This document shows positions 23,630-37,499 of a DNA stretch of 64,000 nucleotides, piece after piece. Under the pieces are notes generated by a model that searched no databases, had not been told where the DNA came from, and saw nothing but the letters and a program-made list of their open reading frames with translations. The stretch is from Glaucostegus cemiculus. Lineage: Eukaryota. The position numbers and the translations under genes are program-made. The stretch covers positions 11,408,001 to 11,472,000 of the forward strand of contig CDPCPM010000052.1 in NCBI GenBank assembly GCA_976551045.1. The letters run 5' to 3'. The stretch's first letter is position 1. Every line of letters starts with the position of its first letter.

Positions 23630-26600
23630 CAAACATCACTCTCCTTCTATGAGATGAGATTCAACAACATAGCAAATGATATAAACAGCCATTCAGACTT
23701 TCCATTCATAAAGACCTTCAAGAACTCAAAACCTGACACATAATGCAGGTGCAGATACCCCTTTTAGATATGAACTCAATACCAGCACCTCATGCTCCAC
23801 AACACCTGGAGCAAAGTTTGGACAGAAAAGCTCTTGACAAACACCTTGTAAAGCATTTAACATCTAAATAACTGAGCTCAATGTGCCATGGAGCACAAGG
23901 ACAACGATGAACAGGATACGGACAGGTTATGCCTATTGGAGACAACTGATGCAAAAGTGGCACCTTAAAACTTTACCTGGTTGCAACTGTGGAAACCCTG
24001 ATCCAAGCTGGGGGCACATAATAATATCCTGCCCAGCATGAGACTGCATTATGAGTTACATTTGATTTCTGGCAGGACATTGGACTGGTTAGGTGACTTG
24101 AGCTTAAAGTTATAATGACAGATCCTGCTCTTAAAATTATATAAAAATGATGACTCCCATTTATTAGCAATATGACAGAAAGACTTCAACAATGCTATTG
24201 AGCAGCATTTATTCACCAATAAATTGTTTACCAATGCTTATTTTGTGTTTTATCAGGACCATTCAGTTACAGTCCTCATTACAGCCTTGGTCCAAAACAA
24301 AGACAGGGAGCTGAATTACAGAAAGGAGGTAAAAGTCTCTGTCCTTGAGGCAGTGTTTAACTGAATATGATATCAAGAAGCCCTAATTAAAATTGAACTA
24401 ATTGAATTGGGATGGAAAGCTTCATCTTACTGGATCCATACCTAGCACAAAGGGAAATGAATTTGGTTGAGGGAGACCAATCAGTTCAACCCCAGATCAT
24501 CTCACCTCCAGAACACTGCTGCAGGAGTTCCTTAGCACAGACCTTATTCCAACCTCTTTTAGCTGCTTCATAAGTGATCTTCTTACTATGAAAATATTAC
24601 ACATAGGGCGTTTGCTAATAGTTGTAGTGTTCAGTTCCACTCTCAATCAATCTGAGTTTGCTTGCAGCAAGACCTGAACAACATTCATGTGCAGGCTGAT
24701 AAGCAGCACGTAATCATTGTGCAACGTAAATACCACACAATGATCAACTCCAACACAAGAGTGGCAAACCAATTCCCCTTGATATCCCAAGGCATCGCCA
24801 TTGTCAAATGCCCCACCAACAACATGCATGGCGAGGAGGGGGTCAACAAAGACCAGAAAGTTAACTGTATTAAATACTGTGTATACTGAAGTGAGTTACT
24901 CACATAAGTAGATAAGGAATAAGAGTAGGAGTAGGCCATTCAGTCCCTCAAGCTTCTTCTGTCATTCAATAAAATTATAAGTGATCTGATCTTGGCATCA
25001 GCTCGATTTTCCTGCCTGTTCCCCGTAACCCTTGATTTTCCAATAATCCAAAAATATCTATTTCAATTTCCACAGCTCCCTGGATAGAGAAATTCAAAGA
25101 TTCATGATCCACTGGGAGAAGGAATTGTTCCTCATCTCTGCCACAAATGGGCAACTCTTATTCTGAAACTGGAAGTTCATCGATAAGGGAAAACATCATC
25201 CCAGCATCTTCTCTGTCAAACCCCTCAGAATCTTAAATGTTTCAATAACATTATCCTTCATTCTTTTAAACTCCCATGAGCATAGGCCCAACTTGCTCTA
25301 GCTTTCCTTTCCTTTTATATACAAACCTTTTATTCCAGGAATCAATTTAGTGAACCTTTCCTAAACTACTACCAATGTAAGCATATCACTCCTTAAATAA
25401 GGAGACCAAAACTCTGTGCAGCACTCCAGGTGTTGTCTCCCCAACACCTTGTACAGTTGTAGCAAGGTTTCCCTATTTTAATACTCCATCCCTTGCAATA
25501 AAGGCCCACATCCCATTTGCCTTTGAATTTCTTCTTGTACCTGCACGTTAACTTTTTGTGCTTCATGTATGAGGACCTCTGCTATACAGCACCATTCTGT
25601 AGTCTCCCTCCACTTCCATCCTGCAGTGCCTCTGCATTTAAAAAAAAATCTGCTTTCCTATTTCCTAATAAAGTGGATGACCTCACACTTCCTCAGGTGT
25701 TATATTCATTGGCCAAATTTCTGCCTCTTGATTTGAAATGGCCTTTAAGCTGAAATGATAGCTCTGTTTCTCTTTCCACAGATGCTACCTGACCCCATTG
25801 AGTGTTTCCAGCAGTTTCTGTTTTTATAACTTATCCGTATCCCTTAGCGGACTCTGTGTGTTCTCCTCACAACTTGTTTTCTCGCCTAGCTTTATTTCAT
25901 CTACAAACCTTGTTACTGCACACTTAGTTTTTTCATTTTATCATTAACATAGGTTGCAAATAGTTTAGGCCCCAGCAATGAATTTTATGGCACCCCATTA
26001 GTTACAACCCGACAACTTTAAAATGACCCATTTATCCTGAATCTGATTACCATGAAAAAAAATCAAAACACTGCAGATGCTGGAAATTTGAAATAAAAAG
26101 CAGGAAATGCTGGAAACACTCAGCAGTCAGGCAGCATCTGTGGAAAGGGAAACAATTATGTTTCAGGCCTGGTAGCCTTCATCTGACGCTATCTGACCTG
26201 AGTGTTTCTTGCATTTTCTGTTTTTATTTCTGTTTTCCATTAGTTAGCCAATTCACCATCCATATTAATTTATTACACCTAAGCCCATGAGCTCTTAACC
26301 TGTGTATATTATATGCGGTACCTTATGAAGTGCCATTTGAAAATCTAAATACACTGTATCTACTAACTTCCTTTATGCAGGTCCTCATTTTATCCTCAAA
26401 GAATTCAGGTAAATTTACTGATATGATTTCCCTTTTATAAAACCACACTGGTTCTGCTTAATAGTGTTATGATTTTCTAAATGTTCTGCTACTATTTCCT
26501 TAATAATGGATTCATCTCCTACCACACTAAACCATCTACAAAGCAAAGGCCAGAAATATGTTGGAATGATTTCCTCTTGCCTGTAATTGCAGCTGCAATA

Positions 26601-26780
26601 ACATCCAAGAAGCTTGACACCATGCTTGCTTGATGCACTACTGGCACTGTGGATGCAGTCCACCATCTACATGATGCAGTGGAGCAAATCATCATGGATA
26701 CTTCATCATGTCCCAGACCTGTGCTACGTACCATCTAGAAAGACAAGGGCAACAGGTGCATAGGAGCACTACTACTATTA
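23630..26780 (+). mobile_element. Second copy of the old CR1/L2-group LINE, split by a CR1 insertion (24900-26515)
   Basis: ctcattacagccttggtccaaa..., tatcaagaagccct (QEAL), gctgcaggagttcct (AGVP). Resumes at 26520 (accatctacaaagca...aagaagcttgacaccat). Confidence 0.6.
24900..26515 (-). mobile_element. CR1 LINE fragment carrying two Penelope-arm insertions
   Basis: CR1 3' end (ataagagtaggagtaggccattcagtccctcaag) and ESIIKEIVAEHLENHNTIKQNQCGFIKGKS. Arms at ~25755-25830 and ~26055-26230. Confidence 0.8.
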
Positions 26781-27705
26781 CATTTCAAAATGAAGGGAAC
26801 ACTGACCAACTGGATAAACCGTAAAGTATTTGAGAAGAAATGTTCTTACATGGTGAATTGTTTTGAGGAAACTGAATGGATTTAACATCAAAGTCAAGCA
26901 CAACTGGGAACTCATCACATTAATTGTAAACTTATCCCATTACACAGTTTCTGGCATACATTGGGGCTGTTCAAGTTAAAAGCAATAATGCACTCTCTTA
27001 TATCTTAACAATAAAAACTTGCATTTATATAGTATCTTACAAGTTGCCAAAAGCTTGGTCAAAGAGAAATTTTATGGACCCTCTTAAAGGTTTAGAGAGG
27101 GAATTCTAGGACCTAGGTAGCAAAGGGCATGACCATCAATGGTACTTGTTCAGAGTTATTGTATATATAAATTATTGCCAAATATTCCATATGGAGTCTG
27201 TAGTCATGTGGTCCCAAACTCCTTGAAATCAAGCTATTAATGTTTAGGAAACTCAGTCCTATTTGCCCCATATTTTCAGAATTGTATGTTTTTGATAGAA
27301 ACTGGTTCCACTTCAAGAGGGTCAATGACTAGAGGTTAAAGTTAAGGTAATTGACAGAAGTATCAGAGGAAAGATTAGAGGCCATTATTTGGAATGCAGA
27401 TTCCAACATGGAAATGGAAACAGATTCTATATGGGAATTGGATAAATACTTGAAAAAAAAATTGCAGGATTACGGGGAAAGAGCAGGGGGAACGAAGTTT
27501 ATTCTACACAGGAATAGTTATCTACTACATAAATTTAATAGAAACAAAATTGTCCATTGCTACCACAGGATATCACAAAGGCACTTATTAAATTTGTTAT
27601 CAAAATACTTATAAAACTTGTAGTTGGTGAGCGAGAGGGAGCATCATTTCTCTCACCCATAAGTTCTCCATTTTGATTTTTTTAAGCCCAAGTCTCACAC
27701 ACATT

Positions 27706-27892
27706 GGGGTTAATTTTACACTAAATCATCTATTGCAAAACTAGTGAGATTAGTGCAACACTAGCTTTTCAGTCCAGCCATTTTTACCTTTGATTGAAGC
27801 CAATGAAGAATAGTATTAGGCTGGGGGTAAAAACTGGGATTCCATCGGATCCTGCAGTTTTGCTGCCTGGTAGATAAGGCATGAATTATTCC
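27706..27892. mobile_element. Degenerate palindromic MITE-like element
   Basis: Left arm gcaaaactag...ttttcagtccagcc is an imperfect inverse of the right arm ggctgggggtaaaaactggg...cagttttgc. The centre is ttgattgaagccaatg. Confidence 0.5.
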
Positions 27893-28080
27893 AAGAGTTT
27901 CAACCATCAATACCAGGTAAGTTTGCATGTGCCCCCAGTGGTTTTCTAGCTAGCGTTCAAGTATTGAAAAAAAATAAGCCCTTTCAATTCCACATTTGAT
28001 TCTTGAGGCATGAATTTGAAGGGACCTCTGGATTAACAATATTAAATTATTGTGTAAATTGAATGGATGGGAATGTATTT

Positions 28081-28116
<36 letters not shown>
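28081..28116. repeat. (TC)n microsatellite
   Basis: Near-perfect tc run of ~18 units. Confidence 0.95.
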
Positions 28117-28119
<3 letters not shown>

Positions 28120-29149
28120 GCTGAAAATAGGTTAGTTGGTAGTCTAACACTTTGCAAACAAGAGTTATCAAGCCAAAACTGCCTTTGCTTAGCAAACATC
28201 AGTGTCATACTGATGTTCTTACCTGGAAAAGCCACAAAGATAACTGATTAGGGAAATATAGATCATCCCTCCTTCATCAAGATAAAACATTTATTTTTCA
28301 CATTTCACATCCTCAAGATGCTCCAAAACACTTTACAGCATATTAGTTTAAGATAAATAAGAACTTTTAATATGTTCTTGTTCACAGCTGCTCCTCCATT
28401 ACTTATATTGTGATGCTTGTTCATCTTAACTCAGAAACACACCCATAATTGTAAACAGTATTTAAATTTTAGTCTGAAATTTATTCTTCCATGTGAAGTC
28501 AATACTGAGATACAGAATATTATGCACTAATATTTCTGGAAAAGTTCCAAATTTATAATAATAATTTTGTTACTTATACAATAGTAGTGATTCTGTAACC
28601 AATTTATTGCTGGTTGTTAAAATTACCAGATTAAGATGTGATTTTACCTTAGTTTGTAAATATTTTGCTTTTTGTGGCAGTGGATACATGGATCAAGAAG
28701 ATCCCATTTTCAGCCCTGGCTTAGATTTCTGATCTCAGCCTAATGATATCCCGACCACTGTTGGCCTTAACGCTTCTAGGCCAGAAAGGGTAAGAATCAG
28801 CTAGGATTCCTATGCCATCAAAGTGAGTATGTGTGTATGTTTCTGCATGTGTATGAGTGGGTGTATGCATGTCTATAGTTGTTTGTTTAAGGGTAAGAAT
28901 CATTGTGTACTTATTCATCTGTAACTGGGTATGTTTCTGCATTTGAGCATTGAGTAAAGACTGGATCATGTGATGCTGTGGATAGGGAGCATGGAGTTGA
29001 TGGACAGGGGAATCTTCATCTGTCTCGGTTCACAATCTTAGCTTTGTTGTTGAATAACCAACATTTTCACATTGGAGAAGGAGAAGTTCAGTGGATGGCT
29101 CAGTCTAGGCTGTTAACACACTTCTGGTGGCTCTTACAGGACAGTTGGG

Positions 29150-30277
29150 AGCAGGTCGAGGTTGAGGCATCCAGGGGAGATTGGCTGTGTGGATCAGGAA
29201 TTGGCTTGCCTGTAGAAAGCAGAGGGTTGTGGTGGAGGGAGTGCCCTCCAATTGGAGGGCTGTGAGTAGTGGTGTCCCACAGGGATCGGTTCTGGGACCT
29301 CTACTCTTTGTTATATTTATAGATGACTTAGATGAAGGGGTGGAAGGATGGGTTGGTAAGTTTGCGGATGACACCAAGATCGGTGGTGTGGTGGATAGTG
29401 TGGAGGACTGTTGGAGCTTACAGAGGGATATTGGTAGGATGCAGAGCTGGGTGGACAAGTGGCAGATGGAGTTTAATCCGGAGAAGTGTGAGGTGGTGCA
29501 CTTTGGTAGGACAAACTCCAGGGCAGAGTACAAGGTACATGGCAAGGTACTTGGCAGTGTAGAGGAGCAGAGGGATCTGGGGGGTTCATATCCACAGCTC
29601 ACTCAAAGTTGCCTCGCAGGTGGATAGGGCAGTTAAGAAGGCTTATGGGATGTTAGCTTTTATAAATCGTGGGATTGAGTTCAAGAGCCGAGAGGTGATG
29701 ATGTTGCTTTACAAAACTCTAGTTAGACCGCACTTAGAGTATTGTGTTCAGTTCTGGTCGCTGCATTTTAGGAAGGATGTGGAGGCGTTGGAGAGGGTAC
29801 AGAGGCGATTCACCAGGATGATGCCGGGATTAGAGGGTATGGAATAGGAGGAGAGGCTTAAGGTGCCAGGACTTTACTCGCTGGAGAGGAGGAGGATGAG
29901 AGGGGACTTGATAGAGGTGTATAAGATATTGAGAGGAATAATAGAGTTGACAGCCAGTGCCTCTTTCCCAGAGCATAGATGCTCAAGACGAGAGGGCATG
30001 GCTTTAAGATATTGGGCGGAAATTTCAGGGGAGATGTTTGAGGGAAGTTTTTCACCCAGAGAGTGGTTGGCGCATGGAATGCGCTGCCTGGGGTGGTGGT
30101 GGAGGCAGATACGTTGGGACAGGTTCAAGAGATTGTTAGATAGGCACATGGAGGAATGTGGAATAGAGGGATATGTGGGAGGAAAGAGTTAGATAGTGTG
30201 ACGTTTGAAGGACAGCACAACTTGGTGGGCCAAAGGGCCTGTTTTGTGCTGTATTGTTCTATGGTTCTATGGTTCTA
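29150..30277 (+). mobile_element. Young CR1 LINE, 5'-truncated RT
   Basis: WIRNWL...SGVPQGSVLGPLLFVIFIDDLD...KFADDTKIGG...LVRPHLEYCVQFWS, with few frameshifts. (GTTCTATG)n tail at 30255-30277. Confidence 0.95.
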
Positions 30278-30536
30278 GGTTACTTGCTGATGTTCTCTTG
30301 AAGCTGACCTATAGTCCAAGGAGGAGGAAGGGCAAGGAAGGGAATTTGTGCATAGCCTGGCTGCAATGATTCCCACAAAGGTGGCTGTGAAGTGCACTGT
30401 GATGCTCTGATACAAATCCCTTAGAACTCTTGGTGGTGGAAGTGATCCAGTTCATTTTAACTCCTTTTGACAGTATTTTATAATAATTATTAATTTTTAC
30501 CGGTAATCCATTCACTTCCATGCTCTTTTGTGGCTT

Positions 30537-31327
30537 TTAAATTTGATTTGAAGTGGTTCATTTTGGTAGGTCAAATAGGTTGGTGGAATATAGAATTAAT
30601 GGTAAGACTCTTGGCAGTGTGGAGGATCAGAGGGATCTTGGGGTCCGAGTCCAGAGGACGCTCAAGATGGCTGCGCAGGTTGACTCTGTGGTTAGGAAGG
30701 CGTATGGTGTATTGTCCTTCATCGGTCAAGGGATTGAATTTAGGAGTAGGGAGGTAATGCTTCAGTTGTATAGGTCCCTGGTCAGACCCCACCTGGAGTA
30801 TTGTGTTCTGTTCTGGTCGCCTCACTACAGGAAGGATGTGGAAGCTATAGAGAGGGTGCAGAGGAGGTTTACGAGGATGCTGCCTGGAATGAGGAGCATG
30901 CCTTATGGAAGCAGGTTGCGGGAACTCGGCCTTTTCTCCTTGGAGAGAAGGAGGATGAGGGGGGACCTGATTGAGGTGTATAAGATGATGAGAGGTATGG
31001 ATAGGGTAGATAGTCGGAGGCTTTTCCCCAGGGTTGAAATGGTGGCCACAAGAGGACATAGGTTTAAAGTGCTGGGGGGAAGATATAGGGGAGATGTTAG
31101 GGGTACGTTTTTTACTCAGAGAGTGGTGAGTGCGTGGACTGGGCTGCCAGAGATGGTGGTGGAGGCGGATATGTTAGGGCCTTCCAAGAGACTGTTGGAT
31201 AGGTACATGGAGGTAAATAAGATAGAAGGTTATGGGTAAGCCTAATAGTGTGGGGACATGTTTGGCACAGCTTTGTGGGCCGAAGGGCCTGAATTGTGCT
31301 GTAGGTATCTATGTTCTATGTTCTATG
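30537..31327 (+). mobile_element. Young CR1 LINE 3' end with uninterrupted 228-aa RT C-terminal ORF
   Basis: ORF 30553-31239 (DQRDLGV...LVRPHLEYCVLFWSPHYRKDVEAIERVQRRFTRMLPG...LERRRMRGDLIEVYK) and (TTCTATG)n tail. Confidence 0.95.
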
Positions 31328-31699
31328 ATTATTTTCCTTGTGCATTAAAGGAAAATTTTTTATACATCCTGCCGGTGTACTACACAATTGAAGATCAGTG
31401 TATCCATGACCTGGGCGGTGTCCTTTCTCTACACCCCCTTTTCCAACAAAAACAAATCAGACTAGCAACAATTTATTTTTAAGTACTATGTCTAATATAT
31501 GAAATATTTCAAGTCTCTTTACAGGAGTTGTATGTGCACAGGAATTTAAAGTTATCAGCTTTTTGAAGTGCATTTTATGAGTCAAATGTTTCTGCATATC
31601 TTCGAATGAATCTTTGGCAGGATAGTGAAGGGAAAGAGGTAGAGTACCTCTGCTGCTTACCCCCACCTTCACATACCCTGGCATCAGACTATTTTCTGG

Positions 31700-32450
31700 G
31701 ATAGGAATGGAGGTTATGGAATTAGGTCTGTGGTGGAGGAAAAGGTTACAGTCTTCCCTGGATTTAGTTACTTAGTTGTGGGAAACTTCTGCACAACATA
31801 TTTGGAAAATAGATAAATAGTGTAACACATTTGAAATAATAGGGTGCACCAGAAATGTGATGGCAAGATGGAGCTGAATACCATCAATGCCAGGAAAACA
31901 TGGAGATGAAAAATAGGAAGGGATCTAGGATAAAATAACCAGTAAAGATTTTGGTGGTGAGTTTACTCCTTTTTGTATGAAAATGGAGCATCTGAGGTGA
32001 ACTAATTGAAATTTAAGGAGGGATTAACAGAACTGACCATGCAATATTCCTAAACTAAAGGGCTCAAATACAAGAGGGAACCAGTTAAGATGAAGAATTT
32101 AGTTGGAAGAATATATCAAGAGAACATTTTCATCTAAAGTTTAAACAACTTGTTGAACATGTTACCAGGAGAGCTCATCACAACAGGCAGTTTAAAAGGA
32201 TTACAGCAGTAATTAGACTGAGAAAGAAAGGGCTGAGAGATATGATGAGAAGATGAAAAGATCTATTAACCTTTTCTCTTTCGTAAAATATCCTACGATC
32301 CTTTACTCATAATATAACATTTTGAAATTATCCTCAATAGTCTTTAAAGACTGCTGACAAAATGAGATGAAGTCTGGTGGGAGTAAGCTGAAGTGAAGCA
32401 CATGCCCTGGCTGAATGGTCTGTTTTGGTGCTGAAAATGTTAATGTAACT
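31700..32450 (+). mobile_element. Highly degraded CR1 3' fragment
   Basis: agggtgcaccagaaa, tctgaggtgaactaattgaa, acaagagggaacca...aaga, ggctgaatggtctgttttggtgctg resemble CR1 landmarks. Confidence 0.45.
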
Positions 32451-32829
32451 TCTTTGCATAGCCTTTATAGACTTCACAGAAGCAATCAAGAGGGATCGCA
32501 GACCATCTTTCTCACATTTGGCTGCATGTAGAAATTCATCTCCATCTTATGTTTACTTTGTAATGGCATCCAAGCTGTAATCTTAGTCAGTGAACTACAA
32601 CAGACCCAGTCTTAGTGCAGACTGGCATCAAGCAGGGCTGCATCATTACCCCAAAACTTTTCTCAATCTTTCTTGCTGCAGAGCTGTAAGTCACCTCAAG
32701 CTTCTGGCTGGAGTGGAATTAATCTACATGACAAATGGAATCACACTTGCGAATGTGCACCTCCTGAGGCTGAGCTTTAAGTTGTTGTCAACTCTTTCAC
32801 TGAAGCATGTAAGAGGATGGACTTTACAA

Positions 32830-33630
32830 CTTTTCATCTACAAATCAAACACTGCCTTCTGACAATAGACAATCCATGATGAGATCCTGGAAAACATGGA
32901 TCACTTCCCATATCTCTGAAGCCTCCTCACTGTGTAGGCAGACACTGGTGGTGAAATTCACCATTAGCACAGCCAATGGGAGAATGAGGAATAGAGTGTT
33001 CCACCTCAAACCTGGCACAAAGCACAATGGGTACCAGCCAACAGTGATCCTTGCTCTCCTGTGTGCTTCTGAGATATGGATTAACTCCTGCAGACACCTC
33101 AAAGCACAGGAGAGAAACCACCAATGCCGTCTCTGCAAAATCATCCAAATGCACAGGTAGGATGAGCAAACTAATAACAGTGACATTTAGAGGCCCGAAA
33201 CTCAGTTAGCTCCGATGACCAAATCACATTGTTTGCCTCACTCCATACTCCTGAAACTGACACTCTATTCTGAACTTTGTCATGCCAAGAGATTACTTGA
33301 TTAACGGATGATAAGATTAAGGATGTTCTTAAAACCCCTTGAAAAACTGTAACATCCTTACCAACTTGTGAGATTCTCTGGCCCATGACTGCTTAAAATG
33401 AAGAAAGGGCATTTGGAATGACACTAAGAACATCAAGTCCATGTGTTGAGATCATAAGGAAATAGGTACCACATGAATAGAAGGAATCCACCCATTCTCA
33501 AACCACCCATCAGGTATTGCCTACTTCACCTGTGCCCATGGTTATGGGTACCACCTTGGCTTCATTAGCCAGCTAGGAACTTCAGTGCAAGCAAGTCATC
33601 CTCAATTCTGAAAAACTGCGTAAGAAGTTG
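32830..33630 (+). mobile_element. RTE-clade (BovB/Expander-like) LINE 3' fragment
   Basis: GRMRNRVF.LKPGTK..YQPTVILALLCASEIW..SCRHLKAQERNHQCRLCKIIQM matches the RTE RT C-terminal motif (TK..VY...V.P.LLY..E.W...RHL..LE..HQRCLRKIL). Confidence 0.8.
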
Positions 33631-34689
33631 AACTTCTGCGTTCCGTCAGTATCATCAATGTCCTACTGAGGTTATGCTGCTCTCACTGTATATAATAATC
33701 CATATTTGACCTGACCAATATTACCAGTTTTGAATTACACTCAGTGTTCATGAGATGCATTTTAGTCACTACTCAGCTGTGTTGGTCACAAGTTTACATG
33801 AAGGGGATGAACATAATAAGTGAATAATAATCAGATATCAAATATATTTTCTTTTCCCATGTTTGCTAACGGATACCCATCTTTGACATTTACTATACCT
33901 GGTCCATGACTTGACATTTGTGTCTGTTGAACTCATATGCCTTTCCATCATTTCTCTTGGTCTCTGTGAATGCTGTTGGTCTCCAGGCTCCCAATTTTCC
34001 TATTGTGCCGATGTTTCATACTCTGCATTGCATGTACAGTGAAAATCTCTGCTGTGGAGTGCTACTTCCTTACTGTAAATCAAACATATTCCTTCATGAA
34101 TATTTCACATTCCAGAACTTTTTGATGTTTTTTCTTCTAAAAGTATTTTCATTCTCTTCACATTTTCACCTCCCCCGTCCCTAGCCTCAGCCATTTTTCC
34201 TTGAGCTGCTAAATAATGCTTGAATATGATTCCTTAGGGAATGTTTGTGATCTCTGGAGCCCTGTCCAAGTGGCCATTCTGTATCATAGAGTCATGGAAT
34301 TGTACAGTACACTGGGAGACAATTCAAACCATTGCAGTTGTACTGGCTCTTTGAAAGAACTACCCAATTAGCTCCAATTCCTTCTCTCTTTCCTGCAAAT
34401 GACTTTCTGAGCATTTATCTAATTCCCATTTTAAAAGGTATTTTTTGAATCTGCTGCTACCCCTTTTCAGGCAATACAACATGGATCATAACAATCTGTT
34501 GACTAAAAAGATATTATTTTCCCCACTGACTAGTTTTGCAAATTATTTTAAACTGTTTTATGCTTAGGCATTCCACTGCCGGAGGAAACAGCATCTCATT
34601 TACTCTATCAAAATCTCATAATTTCCAACTTTTCTATCAAATATTGATTTGTCTATCCAACATTGTGTTGGATAATGTCCTCATTTTCT

Positions 34690-35110
34690 ACTCTCCATAA
34701 ACTTTAGCTTGCAGAAAACTCCGCAGCCTGTATTCAAACTTGTACCAATTCCCATCTTCCTTTCACTTCTGAGTTCATTGACCTAAATTTGCTGCCAACG
34801 CTTCAACTTTAAAATTCTCACCTTGATTTCAAATTACTCCATGGTGTTTGCCACCCTCTTTCTCTGTAATCTCCTCCAGCTCTACAATCTTCTGAAATAT
34901 CCATTACTGCCCTCCTGTGAATTTCCTTATTCCTTCAATTGGCAGCTATGCCTTCAACTGCCCAGGTCCAAAGTTCTATAAATCCATGTCACCCCCACCA
35001 CTGCCCCTCCCTATCTCACCAAACTCTGTATCTCTCCACTATTTTCTCCTTTGTTAAAACCTTTTAACCAACCCTTGGTCATTTATTTAATATCACCTTT
35101 GTCGCTTGGT
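34690..35110 (+). mobile_element. L2 LINE 3' fragment
   Basis: Degenerate (Q)NSAA...FKIL.L..KLLHG...GSYAFNCPGPK coding. Confidence 0.65.
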
Positions 35111-35114
35111 AGTG

Positions 35115-36500
35115 CATGGAATTTAAAGCACAATAAGCAGGCTGTTTGGCTCAATGAGTCCAATAGGTATGATACACGAGCTTCCTACTACCCTTCTTTG
35201 TCCAACCTATCATTATATCCTTCTGTACTTTTCTCCCTGATGTGTTTATCTAGTTTCCCATAAGTACATCTCTTTATTTGCTTACTTCACCACCACAATC
35301 TAAAAACTCCATGGTAAGAGAGTTTCTCCTGATTTCCCCGTGAGATTTATTACTGACTATTCTATATTTATGGCCCATGATTATGGCCTTGATCATATGA
35401 AAACATCTCTGCATCTACCATACCAAACACACTTACAATCTTAAGGACTTTTTCATATTACTCACTCTTCACTTTCCTCAAGAAAAGCAGCCCACCTAGC
35501 TTGTTCAAATGTTTCTATTAGCTCAAGGTTTTCAATTCTGGTCCCATTTAATATATTTTTTAACTTTCCTGTATTCTTTATAAACACAGAGACCAGATCT
35601 GTTTATATACTTCATATGTAGTTTAGCATGTTTGACATAATTTCTCTGATTTTCAATTTTGGCCTTGTAGAAATAAACTCCTGTATTTTTGTGCCCTTAT
35701 TAATTTGTATGGCTATTTTTATTGATTTGCATTTCTGTCCCTTTTCCTCACTTAGACTAACTTTTCACAGGCTCTTAGAGCCTTAATTCTTTCAACAAAA
35801 TTGCTTTATCTTACTTTATTCTGCATAGAAGTTGATAAGCCAATTTGACACTATTTCTATAAGATTATTCATATTTTCCCTGCAATTTGCTTAAGTCCAC
35901 TGAAAAATAATACTACTCCAAACCTGGTAACTTCTGTAAATTTTCATTGTACAATCTTCAGTTATATTTTTGATTTCCTAATCAAAATCATTTGTATAAA
36001 TAGTGAACTATAGTGGATCTAGAACTGATCCTCTTGTATTACCATTTCCCACCTTTTGCCAACCAAGTAACTGCCTTTAACCTACTCTGCTGGAATACTT
36101 TACTTTCTGTTTTATAGTCAGTTTGCTATCTTTTCTATTTTTTCTTTAATTTTAGAAGTCATAACCTTATATTGGAGTGTACTATATGGTACCTTATCAA
36201 AGATCTTCTGAAAATCTAAATATATACATTTATGCATTACTCTTACCTTCCCTTTCTGATACTTCTTCAAAGAATCCAATAACATTGATTGCGCATGACT
36301 TTCCTTTTGGAATTTGTGTTTATTACTCTTTATTATATTTTCAGCTTCCTGATACAATTTCTTTTATATCTTTGATGAAGCTTTCTAGTATTTTTCCTGC
36401 TATTGACTTTAGACTCATTGGCATGGTTCCATGGATTTGTCCTTGTTTTTGTTTTTAAATACACATAGCGTGTTAGTTCTCCTCCAGTCCCATTCCATTT
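35115..36500 (-). mobile_element. Old CR1 fragment
   Basis: IYLDFQKIFDKVPY..L..K (ORF 36118-36357), plus a reverse QEDQF*IHY (QGS.L.PL-like) segment and a CR1 3'UTR near 35130. Confidence 0.65.
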
Positions 36501-36569
36501 CTTCCAATGATTTTTTTTATTGAATTCATCCTTTATTGGATTATAGTGTTGTAATGTGCCTTGCAACAT

Positions 36570-36890
36570 TTGGAACATTGTGGGACTTGAGACGGTAGAT
36601 TCAGGGATGATATTTCCATAGAACCCGGGGTCTCGTAGGTCTCAAAATAAGAAGTGACCCTTTGAAGATGGAGATGAGAAATTCAGCGGGTAATGAATCT
36701 TTGGAATTCTTTACACAACAAGGCCGTGGAGGCTCAGTTGCTGAATATATTCAAAACACAGACTGATACATTTTTAGATATTAAAGGAATCAATGAATTC
36801 AATTAGGGCAGGGAAGTGCAATGAAGTAAAAAAAAATCAGCCATAACTGAGGGCCTGAATGCCCTAGCCTTGCTTCTTATGTAGTTATGT
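36570..36890 (+). mobile_element. CR1 3' end
   Basis: tgaatctttggaattct...gtggaggctcagttgctgaatatattcaa...atcagccat...gggcctgaatg. Confidence 0.7.
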
Positions 36891-37499
36891 GTGTGTATGT
36901 GTTGACTGCTGCATTGATTGGAGAACATGAGAAATTAAATGAAGTTCAGTTGGGCAAAGAGAGGAGTCATAAGATGAACTTGAAACTCTGTTAACTCTGT
37001 TTCTCTTCCCACTGATGCGGCCTGACCTGCTACGCATTTTCTGTTTTTATCTTAGGTTTTCAGTATTTGCAGGGTTTTTTTTCATTATCAAAGGGAGGTC
37101 AATTTTACGAGTCTTTGAGAACTCATTCAATGCTGGGATCAAGGAAATTCCAACTCTTAACTAGTGTTATGTCCACTGAGTACTAGAAGTGTGACTAATG
37201 GGTAGATCTTAGCAGGAGCAGCAGGCTGACTGTTGGAGTAACCAGAGGGCCCAAGAACTGGTAACAACTTTCAGGATCACAGACCGACAAAGGGTCTTTA
37301 ACCGAAAACGTTACAAACGCTTTCTTCTCCCATAAATGCTGAGTGTTTCCCGAAATTTCTGTTTTTATTTCAGATTTACAGCATCTGCAATTTTTAAAAA
37401 TCTTCATTAGACATTATCTTGAAGGTATTAGGGCCATCCAGCAAAGTTCTTGTCTAACATAATGAGCGTAATAACTGGAAGAGTTTGAGTTGCATGGTG

